Positions 1-13,103 of a stretch of 64,000 bases of DNA are shown here, piece by piece. The notes beneath the pieces are model-generated. The model was not told the origin of the DNA and did not search any database. It saw only the letters and a list, made by a program, of their open reading frames with translations. A program made the position numbers and the translations under genes. This DNA comes from Camelus ferus (Eukaryota), in the NCBI RefSeq assembly GCF_009834535.1, contig NC_045696.1, positions 42,286,001 through 42,350,000 of the forward strand, written 5' to 3'. Positions within the stretch are counted from its first letter, which is position 1. Each line of letters starts with the position of its first letter.

Positions 1-2240
1 CAACACTAAAGAGGGAGAAGGCCAGGTCAAAGACTTCTGCTGAAGAGATATGACCAGTTGTCTCCAAAGTAGAAATAACTGATATCCAATTTTAAACTTT
101 TTTTTTCTCTGACTTTAAATGTCCTTTTATAATATCCTAGTCTTCAGTAAAGAGGCATGGACTTTTGAGAGGTGCAGCAACAGAGATCCCTGGAGCATCT
201 GCCTAAATTGACAGTGGATACATAACAACCTACACAGATTTGTGGAATGTGTATATGCAGTCACTGAGACCCTTAAAAATACTTAGAGAGAGGATCCTGT
301 AAAAGACTGAGTATTATGTTGTGTAAGTGGACTGGGAGACTTTGATTATTTTTATTTGGGGAGTAAAGGGAAGACCTCTGAAAATTGAAGTCTTTGTAAT
401 GTCCTTAATGAAAAGACAGAAAAAGTGATTCACTCCAGGAGTACACAGCAGCCATATCTAAAATTATTAATCTCACCATTTAATTTCATAGCAATTTCAG
501 AATGCTCTATGCAATACTTGAATTACAGTAGGTAGTTCCACAAGTGAACTTTCTATAGAGTCATGAAATTAACAATACTTTACTCTCTCAAAGGGTTCAA
601 GTTCTGGGTAGAGGTAACAAATTCATATTTCATAGTTACTGAGGACCAACTGCAGATCAAAAATTGCCTAAAATTATGATTCAGCAGAAAGAAGAAAATA
701 TTTAATTTTCAAATATAGTTTAAATTGGAAAATATATTTTTAAGTTAAATGAACTACAAGCACTTTGTGGTGAATCTTGCAGCATTTTTTTTTTTCTACC
801 AGCTATTTCTTACTGTACATTTTCAAGTATTAGTGCTTAATGTTCACATTGTTTTTTCAGGCTGCACTAATGAGTGCTCTTAGATCAGAGTGTTAGAGCT
901 CTGAGGGTTTGTGACTAAGAAAGAACCAAAAAAAAAGAGAAAAACCCTCAAAATAGTGGTTTTCATTTTTATTTTAAATTAAATGAATTGCTCTTTAGTA
1001 AATGATTTTTAGAATCGTTGGTCTCTTTTTTCATCTGATTTCCAAGGTATTCATGATAATTGAACCAGGTCATGATTCACAAATGTTTCTAAAATTGTAT
1101 TTTTCCTAGAAGAGATGAATATCTTCTCAAACATTTATATTTACAATTACTCATTACAATTACAATTACAAAAATCTGGCTATAGATTCCATTGATGAAT
1201 TCTTTATTGATGAGTAGAGTTTTGGAAAAAAAGCACTTTATTACTATTTTTTTATATCTTAGGGACCTCATCATTTAAACTGAGCTTTCCATATTTCTTA
1301 CAACATAAAGTTAATTTAACTCATTGGAAGCTCATATTGCCCAAAATTTAGGTTTTAGCAACTCTCCTACAGTTTATACAATAAGCTATGCCGGCTGGTT
1401 TAAATGTTTAACTTATAAGCAATAACTCTAATGATTCTTGCTAAGCTCTGGAGGAAATTTCAATTGCTTTTCTTTTGTTAGAAGATGTAAATTGAAGATC
1501 TATAGGTTATTCTATAGTAATGCCAACTATCCTTGAAGTCTTAAGTTCTGATAATGTTTTGGTTTGCTTGAAGTATTGCTAGTTGATCAGTTTATTAATC
1601 TCCTAATTGCTGTTTAAAGGATTCACTATTTTCCCTGTATTGGACCTATTCCTGCCTTGGAAAAAAGGAGAGAATGAACTGCTACATTTACTGTGGCACC
1701 TTTGACTTACTCATAGTACAATTTGTTTTAAGCTAGAGGTCTCTAAGAAAAAGTGGTTGAGATTTCTGTTGACCCTTTATGATTCATTGCTTTATGAACC
1801 TTTATGATTCATTGCTTAGTTACAGTTTGTTAAGAGCAGATACAGTATATATTATGCCACTTAGAAAGAAAAATAAAGAGCCTTGCTTAGAAAAATACAT
1901 TTCAACATCAAAGCCATAGATATGCATTTTCAACCTACTCTGGGCCAGTTTGGATTTTGACTTTTTGATTATAGAGAGACATTAACTACTTTAAAAAAGG
2001 CCACTATATAAAATGACTGGGATGGTTTAGTCAGTAGTTCTCAACCATGTGTATTGTATAAATCTTTTCTAAAGGAAAAAAAAATTCTGACTCCCATTAT
2101 GTACTTAGATTATTTGTATTGTATTTTTCCTTAAATTTATGTAAATGTAAAACATAATATAAATTCCCTGTACTAAAAACACTTATACTACTTTTTAATC
2201 AAAGCACATTTACAATTTAAATACAAACAAAGCTGTAAAT
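1..2240 (+). other. Putative terminal exon / 3'UTR of an unidentified upstream gene
   Basis: Repeat-free AU-rich 2.2 kb with T-tracts. AATAAA at 1872-1877, variant signals AATATA/TATAAA at 2156-2163, Pumilio-like TGTAAATA at 2234-2241. Two frames are open from the window edge to TGA at 41-43 (NTKEGEGQVKDFC) or 51-53 (TLKREKARSKTSAEEI). Gene not recognised. Confidence 0.35.
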
Positions 2241-2389
2241 ACAGATTAACAACATTAGTTTAATATGATGGATAATGATTTGCTGAAAAACTAAATTGTT
2301 GTTTACAACATAAAAATGGTGGTGACTGCTGGGATGCAGGTTCTTTTTTAAAATATATTTTATTGAAGTATATAAAAAGAATTCACTAA

Positions 2390-2785
2390 AAAGTACCCTG
2401 GATGTTTGACAAATTAGTAAGTTAATTTCAGACAGAGATAAAAGTTTGATGAAAATAATTCAGAGTGATGAGATGTAGAGTGACTGGGTGGGGCCCCTTC
2501 AGATAAAGTCATTGTGAGGGGGGATTTTAGAGCTAAGACATAAACAGCAAACATGAGGTGGCCTGTCAAAGAAAGAACTGGAGAAAGAGCTTTGGAATTA
2601 CATGGAAACAGAAAACATAAAAGCCCTGATGTAGGAGGAAGCTTCTGTGCTTGAGGACTAGCAAGGAGGTCAATTGAAGTGGGATGAGTAAAGGGGAGTG
2701 ATGTTGCAGATGAGCTAGGAGAGGTAGGTGGGGCCAGATTACACTCAGCCTTGCAGGCTGCAAGGAGTTCTATATTTATGAACAT
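2390..2785 (-). mobile_element. LINE-2 fragment
   Basis: Purine-rich antisense L2 3' motifs (aaagccctgatgtagg...gatgagctaggagaggtaggtggggccagattacac...ccttgcaggctgcaaggagtt). Confidence 0.8.
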
Positions 2786-2789
2786 GGAG

Positions 2790-3060
2790 TTATGCCCAAG
2801 GTATGGTTTAGTGAAAAAAACATTATTTCAAACAGTCTGAGTAGAAATATCCCCTTTATGTACAACTATATATTCATTTTCATATGTATCTACAGACATA
2901 GTGAAAAATTGAGGTGTATATTCAGTAAAATACTAACACTGGAAATCTCTGGATGCTAAACCTTAGGTGATACTCACCCTCCCATTTGTATTATTCTGTA
3001 TTGCTTTGTTTACAAAAAAAGCAACTGAGACATATCAAATATGCATTCATAAAAAATGAG
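2790..3060 (+). mobile_element. Old L1 (L1ME/L1MC-type) 3' end fragment
   Basis: Resembles ancient L1 3'UTR (ttagtgaaaaaaa...aaaatactaacactggaaatctctgg). Confidence 0.5.
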
Positions 3061-3314
3061 CTATAATTTCTTGACTAAGATTTAAAGATTTAAGACAGCT
3101 TTGACACTATTGTGGGTTCCAAACTCACACGAAATAGGGAAAAGAGGGATTTATAAAGAAGAATTTGTTGAATTTCATTAACAAATATAGAAATAAAATG
3201 ACGCATACATTTTGGGGGGTTTTCATTGAATATGGAAGATAGAAAAAAACTCAAAAAAATCTAGTGTGCACAGAATGCAAATAATCAACAACAACAAAAT
3301 CCCTTATTGCATAC

Positions 3315-3702
3315 TGTTAACAAGAAGAAAGCAGTCCAAAATGGAGTCACTTTTGCTAAGTCCCATGTCACCAAACTGAAACTTAATTAGTTACAGTTTT
3401 GGCCTCTCCCAGAATTGGAATCTTAAACTTATCAGTTAGGAATCACCTGGTCTGCACTAGTGAGGTAATCTGTCTGTTAGACCCCAATCATCCACTAAAG
3501 AAAATTGATCTTGCCACAACCAGTCCACTTTTTTGCTAGTATAACTTCCTTGTTGCTGTTCCCTTCTGCCTGTAAAAGTCTTTCTGTATAACTCCGCAGA
3601 GCTCCCTTCTACCTGCTATATGGGATGCTGCCCAATTCATAAACTGTTGAATAAAGCCAATAAGATCTTTAAAATTTACTCAGTTGAATTTGTTTTTTAA
3701 CA
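3315..3702 (+). mobile_element. ERV1-class solo LTR
   Basis: TGTTAA...TTAACA inverted termini, aaaatggagtcac 5' motif, AATAAA near the 3' end, 4-bp TSD ATAC/ATGC (3311-3314, 3703-3706). Confidence 0.85.
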
Positions 3703-5250
3703 ATGCCGAAATAGAGTTTTCCATATACAATCTACAAAGTGCAAAATGAATAGGAAAACATTAAAATAAGGATAACTGAAGGAAAGAAGTGAAAAAGTAA
3801 AAATGATAAATAACATTTAGCTACACATTAATCCAATTACTCATTCTTTCAATATAGATTTTAACATAATCTGTACTAAATAAACAAGGGTTGTGTGCAA
3901 GAAGTCTAGTTGGATAAATCCTCATGGGTGCAAGAATAAAATGTGACCAGAAAGGGAAGCTGACTGGGCAGAAAGACAGGGCACAGAGGCTGCTGCCTTT
4001 ATAACAGCATGGTCAAACTCTGTCAGGGTTTCAATATTCTATAAAAAAATAAATTTAAAAATCCTCCTTGGATCTACATCTTCCATCAAAATCTTCCCCT
4101 TGTTTTCTTCTATACTTTCCTTTCTACTTCTCCACATTTGGTTGCCATCCTCCTATTTCTGTGGTATACACAGAGTTCTAGTACAGAGGATTCTCTTGAA
4201 CCAGTTTTGTAGTTAATGTGTAACTAGTTCCATGAAAAACCACTAGGAACATGATATTGTTTCAACATTGGACTACTTCCATAGATAATCTGATGAGAAC
4301 TTTACTTTTCTGCCTGTAAAAATAGCTTCAGTTCCATCCCATATATGGAGAACAGGCTTTTCTGTCTCTATTCAATTAAGCAAATGCCTGACTTCTGGCA
4401 AGGAAAGAAGAAAAGGATTAATCATTTCCAGTCCATCCATATCAGGATGTCAACTCCCAAAAGACAAAGATTCAATTCATATCTTTCTTGTTATGACCTC
4501 CAGGTATTTTTCTCAATGTGGATGATTCTAGAAAACGTCAGAAGAGGTTATTTGTAGATACATCTTAGAAGAATATCGTGTGGGCAACAGTGTAAGAATG
4601 CCTTGATAATGCTGACAGATAACCTACTGTTTGTGCTGGTCTGCCATAACTAGAGGCTTCCGTTTGTTTTAATAAATCAAGACTGATGGTGGGTCTTTGA
4701 GGTGGGTCTTGCTTTTAATCGCCTCCCCAATCTCCATTCCTCCAAATGTACTAGATTGTTGGATCTTACCTCTGGCCATGTGAAATCCACCCTTCACTCT
4801 TCAACCTTAGCTCTGTTCTTTTATCCTGTAGGACTGCACCTAGCTTTTCCCTACTTGGGTCTCATGGGCTTAGATTTGACCCTTAGTTCTTTCCCCAGTA
4901 GCTGTGACAACTGGCTTGGCAGCCATTGCCAACCTAGTTCCTCTTAGACTCTGTTTCAGCAATAATATGAGAAGAACTGAGACTGGCACCCAGACTACGG
5001 TGGAATGATCCAGGTAGAGGCTGCATTTGGCTGCATGGAACAGAGGTGAAGCTGTGAGAAAAAGTGAAAACGATGAAAACCCATGAGGCAATATGTGTCT
5101 TTAGACATATTGTCATTTTGTTTTTAATAGAAAGCAAAGGCCCATGCTTGTGAAGGGCTGGACTAATCACCACTGACTCTGTAAATATACATACCTGTCC
5201 ACCCCAGCTTCAAGATTAAACAGAATTTTTCCATCAAAGGCCACAGGTAT

Positions 5251-5312
5251 TAGCTGGGTATGCCTTTTGCCTAACTAGTCCTAGCTGGATATGCCTTTTT
5301 CCTAGCTAGTCC
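5251..5312. repeat. 31-bp tandem duplication (2 copies, 28/31 identical)
   Basis: tagctgggtatgccttttgcctaactagtcc / tagctggatatgcctttttcctagctagtcc. Confidence 0.9.
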
Positions 5313-5416
5313 TGACTACTAGTTAAGAATCTTTAAAAGCACTGTGATATTTGAAATTACTTGTTAGAATTTCTGACTTGTGGAATCTATTTTTGGGTGG
5401 TTAACTCACTTTTTAA

Positions 5417-8400
5417 ATTAAAAAATGTAAAAATTAAAAATAATTTAATTGAAATAGTGTTGATGTACAACATTATGTTAGTTTCAGGTGCACTACATAA
5501 TGATTTGACATATGCATATATTATGATATCATCACCATGATTTCTAATAACCACCTGTTGCCATATAAAGTTATTACAATATTGGCTATATTCCTTATAC
5601 TATATATTATATCCCTATGACTTGTTTATTATATAACTGGAGGTTAGTACCTCTTAATCTCCTACACCTATTTTGCCCACCCCCCTCACCCTTTTCCCTT
5701 CTGACAGCCACTTGTTTGTTCTTTGAATCTATAAGTCTGTTCTTGTTTTTGTTATGTTTATTTGTTCTGTTTTTTGATTCCACGTATAAGTGAGGTGATG
5801 CAACATTTTTCTTTCTCTGTCTGACTTATTTCACTTAGCATAATACCCTCTAGATCCATCTATGTTGTTGCAAATGGCAAGACTTTTTTTTTAATGGCTG
5901 GGGAATGTATACATATGCATATATATAATATTATATATATATACACACACCATATCGTTATTCATTTGTCTATCAGTGAATATTTAGGATGCTTCCACAT
6001 CTTGGCTATTGTAAATAATGCCACAATAAATATAGGGGTGCACATATCTTTTCAGTTGTTGGTTTTGTTTTTCACAGGTAAAAACCCCAAAGTGAAATTG
6101 CTGGATCATATGGCAGTCTATTTTTAATTTTTTGAAGAACCTCCATACTGTTTTTCATAGTGGCTGCACCGATTTACAGTTCCACCAACAGTGCAAGAGA
6201 GTTCCATTTTCCCTACATCCCTGGCAACACTTGTTATTTGTTGTCTTTTTGATGATGGCCATTCTGACAGATGTGAGATAGTATCTTATTGCAGTTTGTA
6301 TTTCCTTGATGATTAGTAATGTTGAGCATATTTTTCATATGTCTGTCAATCATCTTTGTGTCTTCTTTGGAAAAACATCTATTCAGGTCTTCTGTCCATT
6401 TTTAAATCAGATTCTTTATTTTTTTGATGTTGAGCTGTATGAGTTGTTTGTATATTTTGGATATCGACCTCTTATTGGATATATCATTTACAAATATATT
6501 CTTCCACTTGGTAGGCTTCCTTTCATTTTGTTGATAGTTTCCTTGGCTGTGCAAAAGATTTTTATTTTGATGTTAGTACCTTTTGTTTACTTTCACTTTT
6601 ATTTCCCTTGTCTACGGAAGACAAATCCAAAAAAAATACTGCTAAGACCAATGCCAAAGAGTGTACTGCCTATGTTTTCTTCTGGGATTTTTATACTTTC
6701 AGGTTTTATAGTTGTCATTAATCCAGTTTGAGTTTACTTTTGTATGTAGTCCAGTTTGGTTCTTTTGCATGTAGCTGTCCAGTTTTCCTAACATCATTTA
6801 TTGAAGAGGCTGTCTTTTCCCCATTATATATTCTTTCCTCTTTTGTCATAGGCTAGTAGACTCTTAAGGTGGGTTTATTTCTGGGTTCTCTATTCTGTTC
6901 CATTGATCTGTGTGTGTGTTTTTTTGCCAGTACCATGCTGTTTTGATTATTGTAGCTTTGTGTTATAGTCTGAAATCAGGGCGCATGACTTATCCAGCAC
7001 TGTTCTTTCTCAAGATTGTTTTGGCTATTTGGGGTCTTTTGTGTTTTCATACAAATTTTGTAATTATTTGTTTTAGTTCTGTGAAAAATGTCATTGATAT
7101 TTTGATAGGGATTATATTGACTCTGTAGATTGTCTTGGAGGGGTGTGGTTATTTTAACAATAATAATTCTTCCATGGTATATCTTTCTATTTGTTTGTGT
7201 GGTCTTCAATTTCTTTCATCAATGTCTTGTAGTTTTCCAATACAAGTCTTTTACCTACTTAAGTAGGTTTATTTGTAGGTATTTAATTGTTTTTCATGCT
7301 ATTGTAAATGGGATTGTTTCCTTAATGTCTCTTTATAATAGTTTATTGTTTATGTATAGAAATGTAACAGATTTATATATATTAATTTTGTGTCCTGCAA
7401 CTTTACTGAATTCATTGATGAGCTCTAGCAGTTTCTTGGTTGCTTCTTTAGGATTTTCTACATATAGTATCATGTCATCTGCAAATGGTGACAATTTTAC
7501 TTCTTCCTTTCCAGTGTGGATTCGTTTTATTTCCTTTTCTTCTCTGATTGCTGTGGCAAGAACTTCTAATAGCATGTTGAATAAAAGTGGTGAGAGTGAG
7601 AATCCTTGTCTTGTTCCTGCTCTTAGAGGACATGTTTTCATATTTTCATTGCTGAGTAGGATGTCAGCTGTGGCTTGTCTCATATGGCCTTTATTATGTT
7701 GAGGTATGCTCCCTTTTTAACCACTTTGTTAAGAGTTTTGATCATAAATGGATGTTGAATTTTGTCAAAAGCTTTTTCTTCATCTGTTGAGATGATCATG
7801 TATCACATTGACTGATTTGCGAATATTGAAACTTCCTTCTCTCCCTGGTATAATTCCACTTGATCATGGTGTATGATCCTTTTAATGTATTGTTGAATTT
7901 TGTTTGCTAATATTTTATTGAGGATTTTTACATCTGTATTCATCAGTAATGATGTAATTTTTTTTCTTTGTGGTGTCTTTGTGTGTTTTTTGTATCAGGG
8001 TGATGTCAGCTTTGTAGAATGAGTTTAAAAGTTTTCCTTCCCCCTCAATTTTTTGGAATAGTTTGAGAAGGATAGGTATTAATTCTTCTTTAAATATTTG
8101 GTAGAATTCATCTATGAAGTCATCTGGGTCTGGAATTTTTTTGTTGGAAGTTTTTCTTATTATTGTTTCATTTTTGTTACTGGTATTTGGCCCTGATTGT
8201 ACATTTCTAGGAATTTATCCATTTCTTCTAGATTGTCCATTTTATTCGTGTATAATTGTTTGTAGTAATCTCTTATAATCCTTTGTATTTCTGTGGTGTC
8301 AGTTGTAATTTCTACAGTTTCATTTCTGATTTTATTTATTTGGGCCCTCTCTTTTTCTTGATCAGTCCAACTAAAGGCTTAGCATTAAAAAAAATCTTTT

Positions 8401-10368
8401 CAAAGAACCAGCTCTTAGTTTCATTGATCTTTTCTTCTTTTTTTTTAGTTTCTATTCCATTTATTTCTGCTTTGATCTTTATGATTCCTTTCTTTCTACT
8501 AACTTTGAGTTTTGCTTGTTTTTCATTAGGTATAAGGTAAGATTGTGTATTTAAGATTTTTTTGTTGTAATTTCCCAAGGCTTGTAGCAAAGCTTCTCTC
8601 TTTGAGCTACTTTTGCTTCATTCCATAGATTTTTGGATCATTGTGTTTCCATTTTCATTTGTCTCCAGGGATTTTTTAATTTCCTTTTTGATTTCTTCAG
8701 TGACTCATCAGTGTTTAGTAGTATATTGTTTAGCCTCTGCATACTTGTGTTTAAAAAAATTTTTTTTTCTTGTCATTGATTTCTAGTCTCTTTGTACTTC
8801 CTGGACCTACATGTCTCTTTCCCCAGTTTAGGGAAGTTTTCAGCTATTTCTTCAAATAAGTTCTCTGTTCCTTTCATTTTTCTCCTTATGAGTCCCCTAT
8901 AATATGAATATTAATATGACTGATGATGTTCCAGAGGTCTCTTAAACTGTCCTCATTTTAAAAAATTCTTTTTTCTGCTTAATTTGGGTGATTTCCACTG
9001 CTTTCTCTTCCAGTTTGCTGATTTGTTCCCCTGTATCATCTAATCTTGATTCCTTCCACTATATTTCTAATTTCAGTTATTGTAGTTTTTAGCTCTGTTT
9101 CTCTTTGTTAAAATTCTTACTGTGTTCATCTCTTCTTTTCTGGAGTTTGTTAAATATTTTTATGATTATTACCTTGAACTCTTTATCAGGTGTATTGCTT
9201 ATCTCCACTTTATTTAGTTCTTTTGCTGAAGTTTTGTCTTGTTCCTTCGTTTGGAACATATTCCTCTGTCTCTTTATTTTGTCTAATTCTTTGTTTTTAT
9301 TTCTATATATTAGATAGGTTTTTTACATTCCCCACTCCTGGAGAAGCAGCCTTATATAGGAGACATCCTGTGACATCCAGCATCACACTCCCCTTTGGCC
9401 ACCAGAGCTATATGCTGTAGGGGTACCCTCTATGTGGGCTGCCTTAGACCTTCTGTTTCAGTAGAGCTGACTACCATGGGAGCACTGGTAGGCAGGGCTG
9501 GTCTCCAGCCCCCTTGATTGCCAGGCCCTACCTTGTACAGTGGCTGCCAGCCTGCTAGTAGGTAGAGTGGGTCCCAGGAAGCTGGCTGTTTGGCAAAGAA
9601 GTGGGGGTGGGATCCAGGCTGGTGCTGGCCCACTGGTATGTGGGGTCAGACCCCTGCTCAGCTGGCTGCATGGCCTGGTAAGTTCTGTGACTGTGACTGG
9701 TGCTGGCCTGCTGGTGGGAAGGTAGGCCCCCATCACTAATAAGCAAGATGGAGAACTCCAAAATGGCACTTGCCAGCACCCATGTCCTTATGGCAGAATG
9801 AGCTCCCCAAAATGGGTGCTGCCAGTGTCTATGTCTCCAGAGGGAGTGCCAGTTACCTCTTGTCTCTTTGGGAGGCTAAGATCAGCAAGTGGGTCTAATT
9901 CAGGCTCCTTTCAAGTTACTGCATTTGTGCTGGGCCTTGGAGGTGGGAGACTTTGCACACATCCTTTATGAGTGGAGTCTCTGTTTCCTAAAGCTCTCTT
10001 TCTCCCATATGCAAGCCCTGCTGTCCCTCAGAGCTAAATGTTCTGAGGGCTCATCTTCCCAGTGCAGGAGCCCTTGGCTGGGGAGCCTAATGTGGGGCTC
10101 AGACCGCTTGCTCCTTAGGGAGAACTTCTACAATGATGATTATCCTCCCATTTGTAGATTGCCTGTCTGGTGGTATGACTCTTAACTATACAATGTCTCC
10201 ACCCATCTTACCTATCTCATTGTAGTTCCTTCTTAATACCTCTAGTTGTGAAGAATCTTTTCTGCAGTGTTTAGGTGGTTCTCATAGATACTGCTCTGTA
10301 AATAGTTTTGGTGTACCTATGGAGTGGGCGAGCTCTGGTCTTCATGCTCTGCCTTCTTGGCCACACCT
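5417..10368 (-). mobile_element. LINE-1 retaining both ends, with a large internal deletion; degraded
   Basis: 3'UTR at ~5420-5800. ORF2 RT remnant (ORF 7333..7683: [14 protein letters not shown]...FADDMILY). ORF1 remnant at ~8790-9330. GC-rich 5'UTR to 10368. Identical 19-bp flanks tggttaactcactttttaa at 5398-5416 and 10369-10387. Confidence 0.93.
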
Positions 10369-13068
10369 TGGTTAACTCACTTTTTAATTAAACTAATTAG
10401 GCTCCCGTTTGGATAATGATGGGGTACCTTGATTATATTCTGGAACTAGGCATAATCTTTGGTAAACTAAGATTAACTTATGTCTTAGCTTTTAATTTTT
10501 TCATAAAGGTTTATTTTTTAAATACAAACAATATAACAAACTTATTTAAAATAAAATATTTACATATATATATTTAAAAAATATGTGTACCTGTGTTACC
10601 AGTCCATAACTATTGATAAACACATTTTAACTTTATTTTGACTTTATTTTAGATTTTTGACTGAATGTTTTCTCTTGTCTCACTCCAATTCCTTTCATAA
10701 AATTGTTACATAGAATTTTGGGTTCATACAATTTTAGTCTGTTGTTAAAAGTCATGGTAGGTTCTCAGGACTGGTATAACACATCAGTTCCCAAATAAGA
10801 CTTCTTTTTACTGTCATCTTTCATAACTTTGTACTGAAATTTTCTTTCCTTAATATGACAGGAGAACTGAAAAAGAGAAAAATATGAAGGGCATCCTATC
10901 CAGATAGTATAAAAACTTAATAACATAATCACATGGAAGTGATTTTTCTTTGTAGTCTTAAATAAATGAGAAATGCCTAATTTCCATCCATTTATTAGTT
11001 GGAAGCTGGTAGCTATATGTAATTCAAAATTGGAAACTTTTACAAGTCTTTCCATTCTTTTTTATCTCATACATTCTTAAGAATATATTCTCAAGTTGAT
11101 GATGTGGATTCAAACTATACTTACTTACATAGGGGTTTTCCAGAAAGAAAAAAAAAATCCCACAAAAAATGCCCAAATTCCTGCTCTATCCTGACTACCC
11201 ATTTGGTGGTTAGCATCCATCCTTGATCTTTACCACATATGAATGTATCTATTCATACTTCCTTGGGCTGTTTCAGAGAATTTCCAGATTAGTTGGTAAG
11301 CTGTGTTGCTGAATCTAATGGATGTAGCTTACATTTAGAATTTATAGCTCTAAACTTTACAAACAACAAAATTTTATGGAAAAAAATCCTCATGTAAGCA
11401 TCTTAGGAATGTGGATTTATAGGGCTCATGGAGGCATAACCAGCTGTTTTTTATTGCCTTTGTAGCTTGCATGGGGACCTAAGGTACCCCAGTTAATCAG
11501 TTCTAATTTATATGTAGCCGTGTAGAGTTGGCATTGTCAAGAATCAATATTTTAGCTTCTTTGAGGAGTCATCTGGATTTCCTTTTGATCATATCCCTTA
11601 GTTATTTATCACCCTTTTCTTAGTCTACTCCTTTACCTCCAATTTGGGACCATAGTTGAGAAGAAGTCTCTTCCCCATAGAACCTGTGGGATTCTATGCT
11701 CTAGTATTCCACATAGTGGAACCCTGGAGGATGTTTGGAGACAAGAACCTACATGAAAGGTTGGTATCCCCCAAATAAAGAGTGGCAGCAGTGGGGTAAG
11801 CTCCAATGAAGTTAATGTCTTATTTCCTTTTCTTAAAGGAAACTATCTACTTAAAATATTAAAAAGATAATTTATGGGCATTTTTTTTCTTATATAGAAC
11901 TAGTGTATATAACTGATAGGAAATAAACAAATGTAATCAAATCCAAGAAGTAATAGTAGTCATGTATTATTCTACCACAAATGTTCATATTTAACAAAAC
12001 ATATAAAAAGCAAAAAAACCCTACAAAATTTAACGCATTCTGTTTTTAACTATGCTTTTCTGTATCATACTCCTTCCTGTTCCTACCATGAATTACAACA
12101 GGGCGAGTCATTGGCTTATGGGTTAGAGTGTCTGCACTGTTTGTAATTGCAATTTGTATTTGCTTTTTTTTTTTTCTTTCAGGATTAGCGAGAGTAAATG
12201 AGCTCTTGGTAGATTGTACCAAGGTTATGAACAATTTGGGCCAAGGTGCTTTAATTTTCCTTTCAATAAATAATCAATGGAAAAGGAAACTGAGTTTGTG
12301 ACTAAATGTAACATATAAATAAATGGGTCTGTGGTATCAATCCTGCATTCACACTACTCCTGTAATGTCTGCATCATTGATAATCCCAGTGGACAAAGTG
12401 TTTGGAATTGAAGGCCACCCAGCTCAGGGATCAGCTTTAACAATAATAATTGGGTCATGGTCTCATTGTTATTATTGCTGTTGTTATTATCAAAACTGAA
12501 TCATGATCACTGGAGCTGAATTGTTTTGAATGGTATCATGTCAGGACAGCTAAAATGATCAAGTTTACCATATCAAGCCGCCATTTGGCAGCTGTGATCT
12601 TTATTTCTCACAGTATAAAGTAAATGTTCTTTGAGAAGATAGCTATGGCCTTTGAGGTAGCTAAGGGAGATTCACTTTAATTGAGGAAAGAAAAGAAAAA
12701 TGTTTATTTATCTTCAGATTCATTTCCAGGTTTTATTGAAAGTCAGGGCCAGATCTTAGTAAGTTTCCTGGATTTTACAGGAAGCCTGGTTCTTTGTCAT
12801 AGCACTAAATGTTCACTAACCTGAAAGTGACAAGGAGGACTTTTCCTTCCTCATCAGTTTCTTGCTTCCTGGATTTGATGTTTTTTAGAGCAGGGAGGAA
12901 GTATCTGCCCAGAATCCACAGTCTGAAGGGCTGTTGGAAAAATAGGTCTCTTGTTTTTCTTGGGGAGATATTCCTTATCTTGCTGGCATGCAGTTTTAGG
13001 TGCCTTTATATTCATTTACACCAGTGAAACAAATGGTTCACTTGTCTTCTGGTATGTTCATATCTATT

Positions 13069-13103
13069 TGTGTGTGTGTGTGTGTCTGTGCGTGTGTGTG
13101 TGT
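13069..13103. repeat. (TG)n microsatellite, interrupted
   Basis: Direct reading. Confidence 0.9.

Noticed and set aside
6306..8540. Hydrophobic + strand ORFs (141, 190, 94 aa) resembling membrane proteins
   Set aside because: Antisense of A-rich L1 ORF2, a well-known artefact
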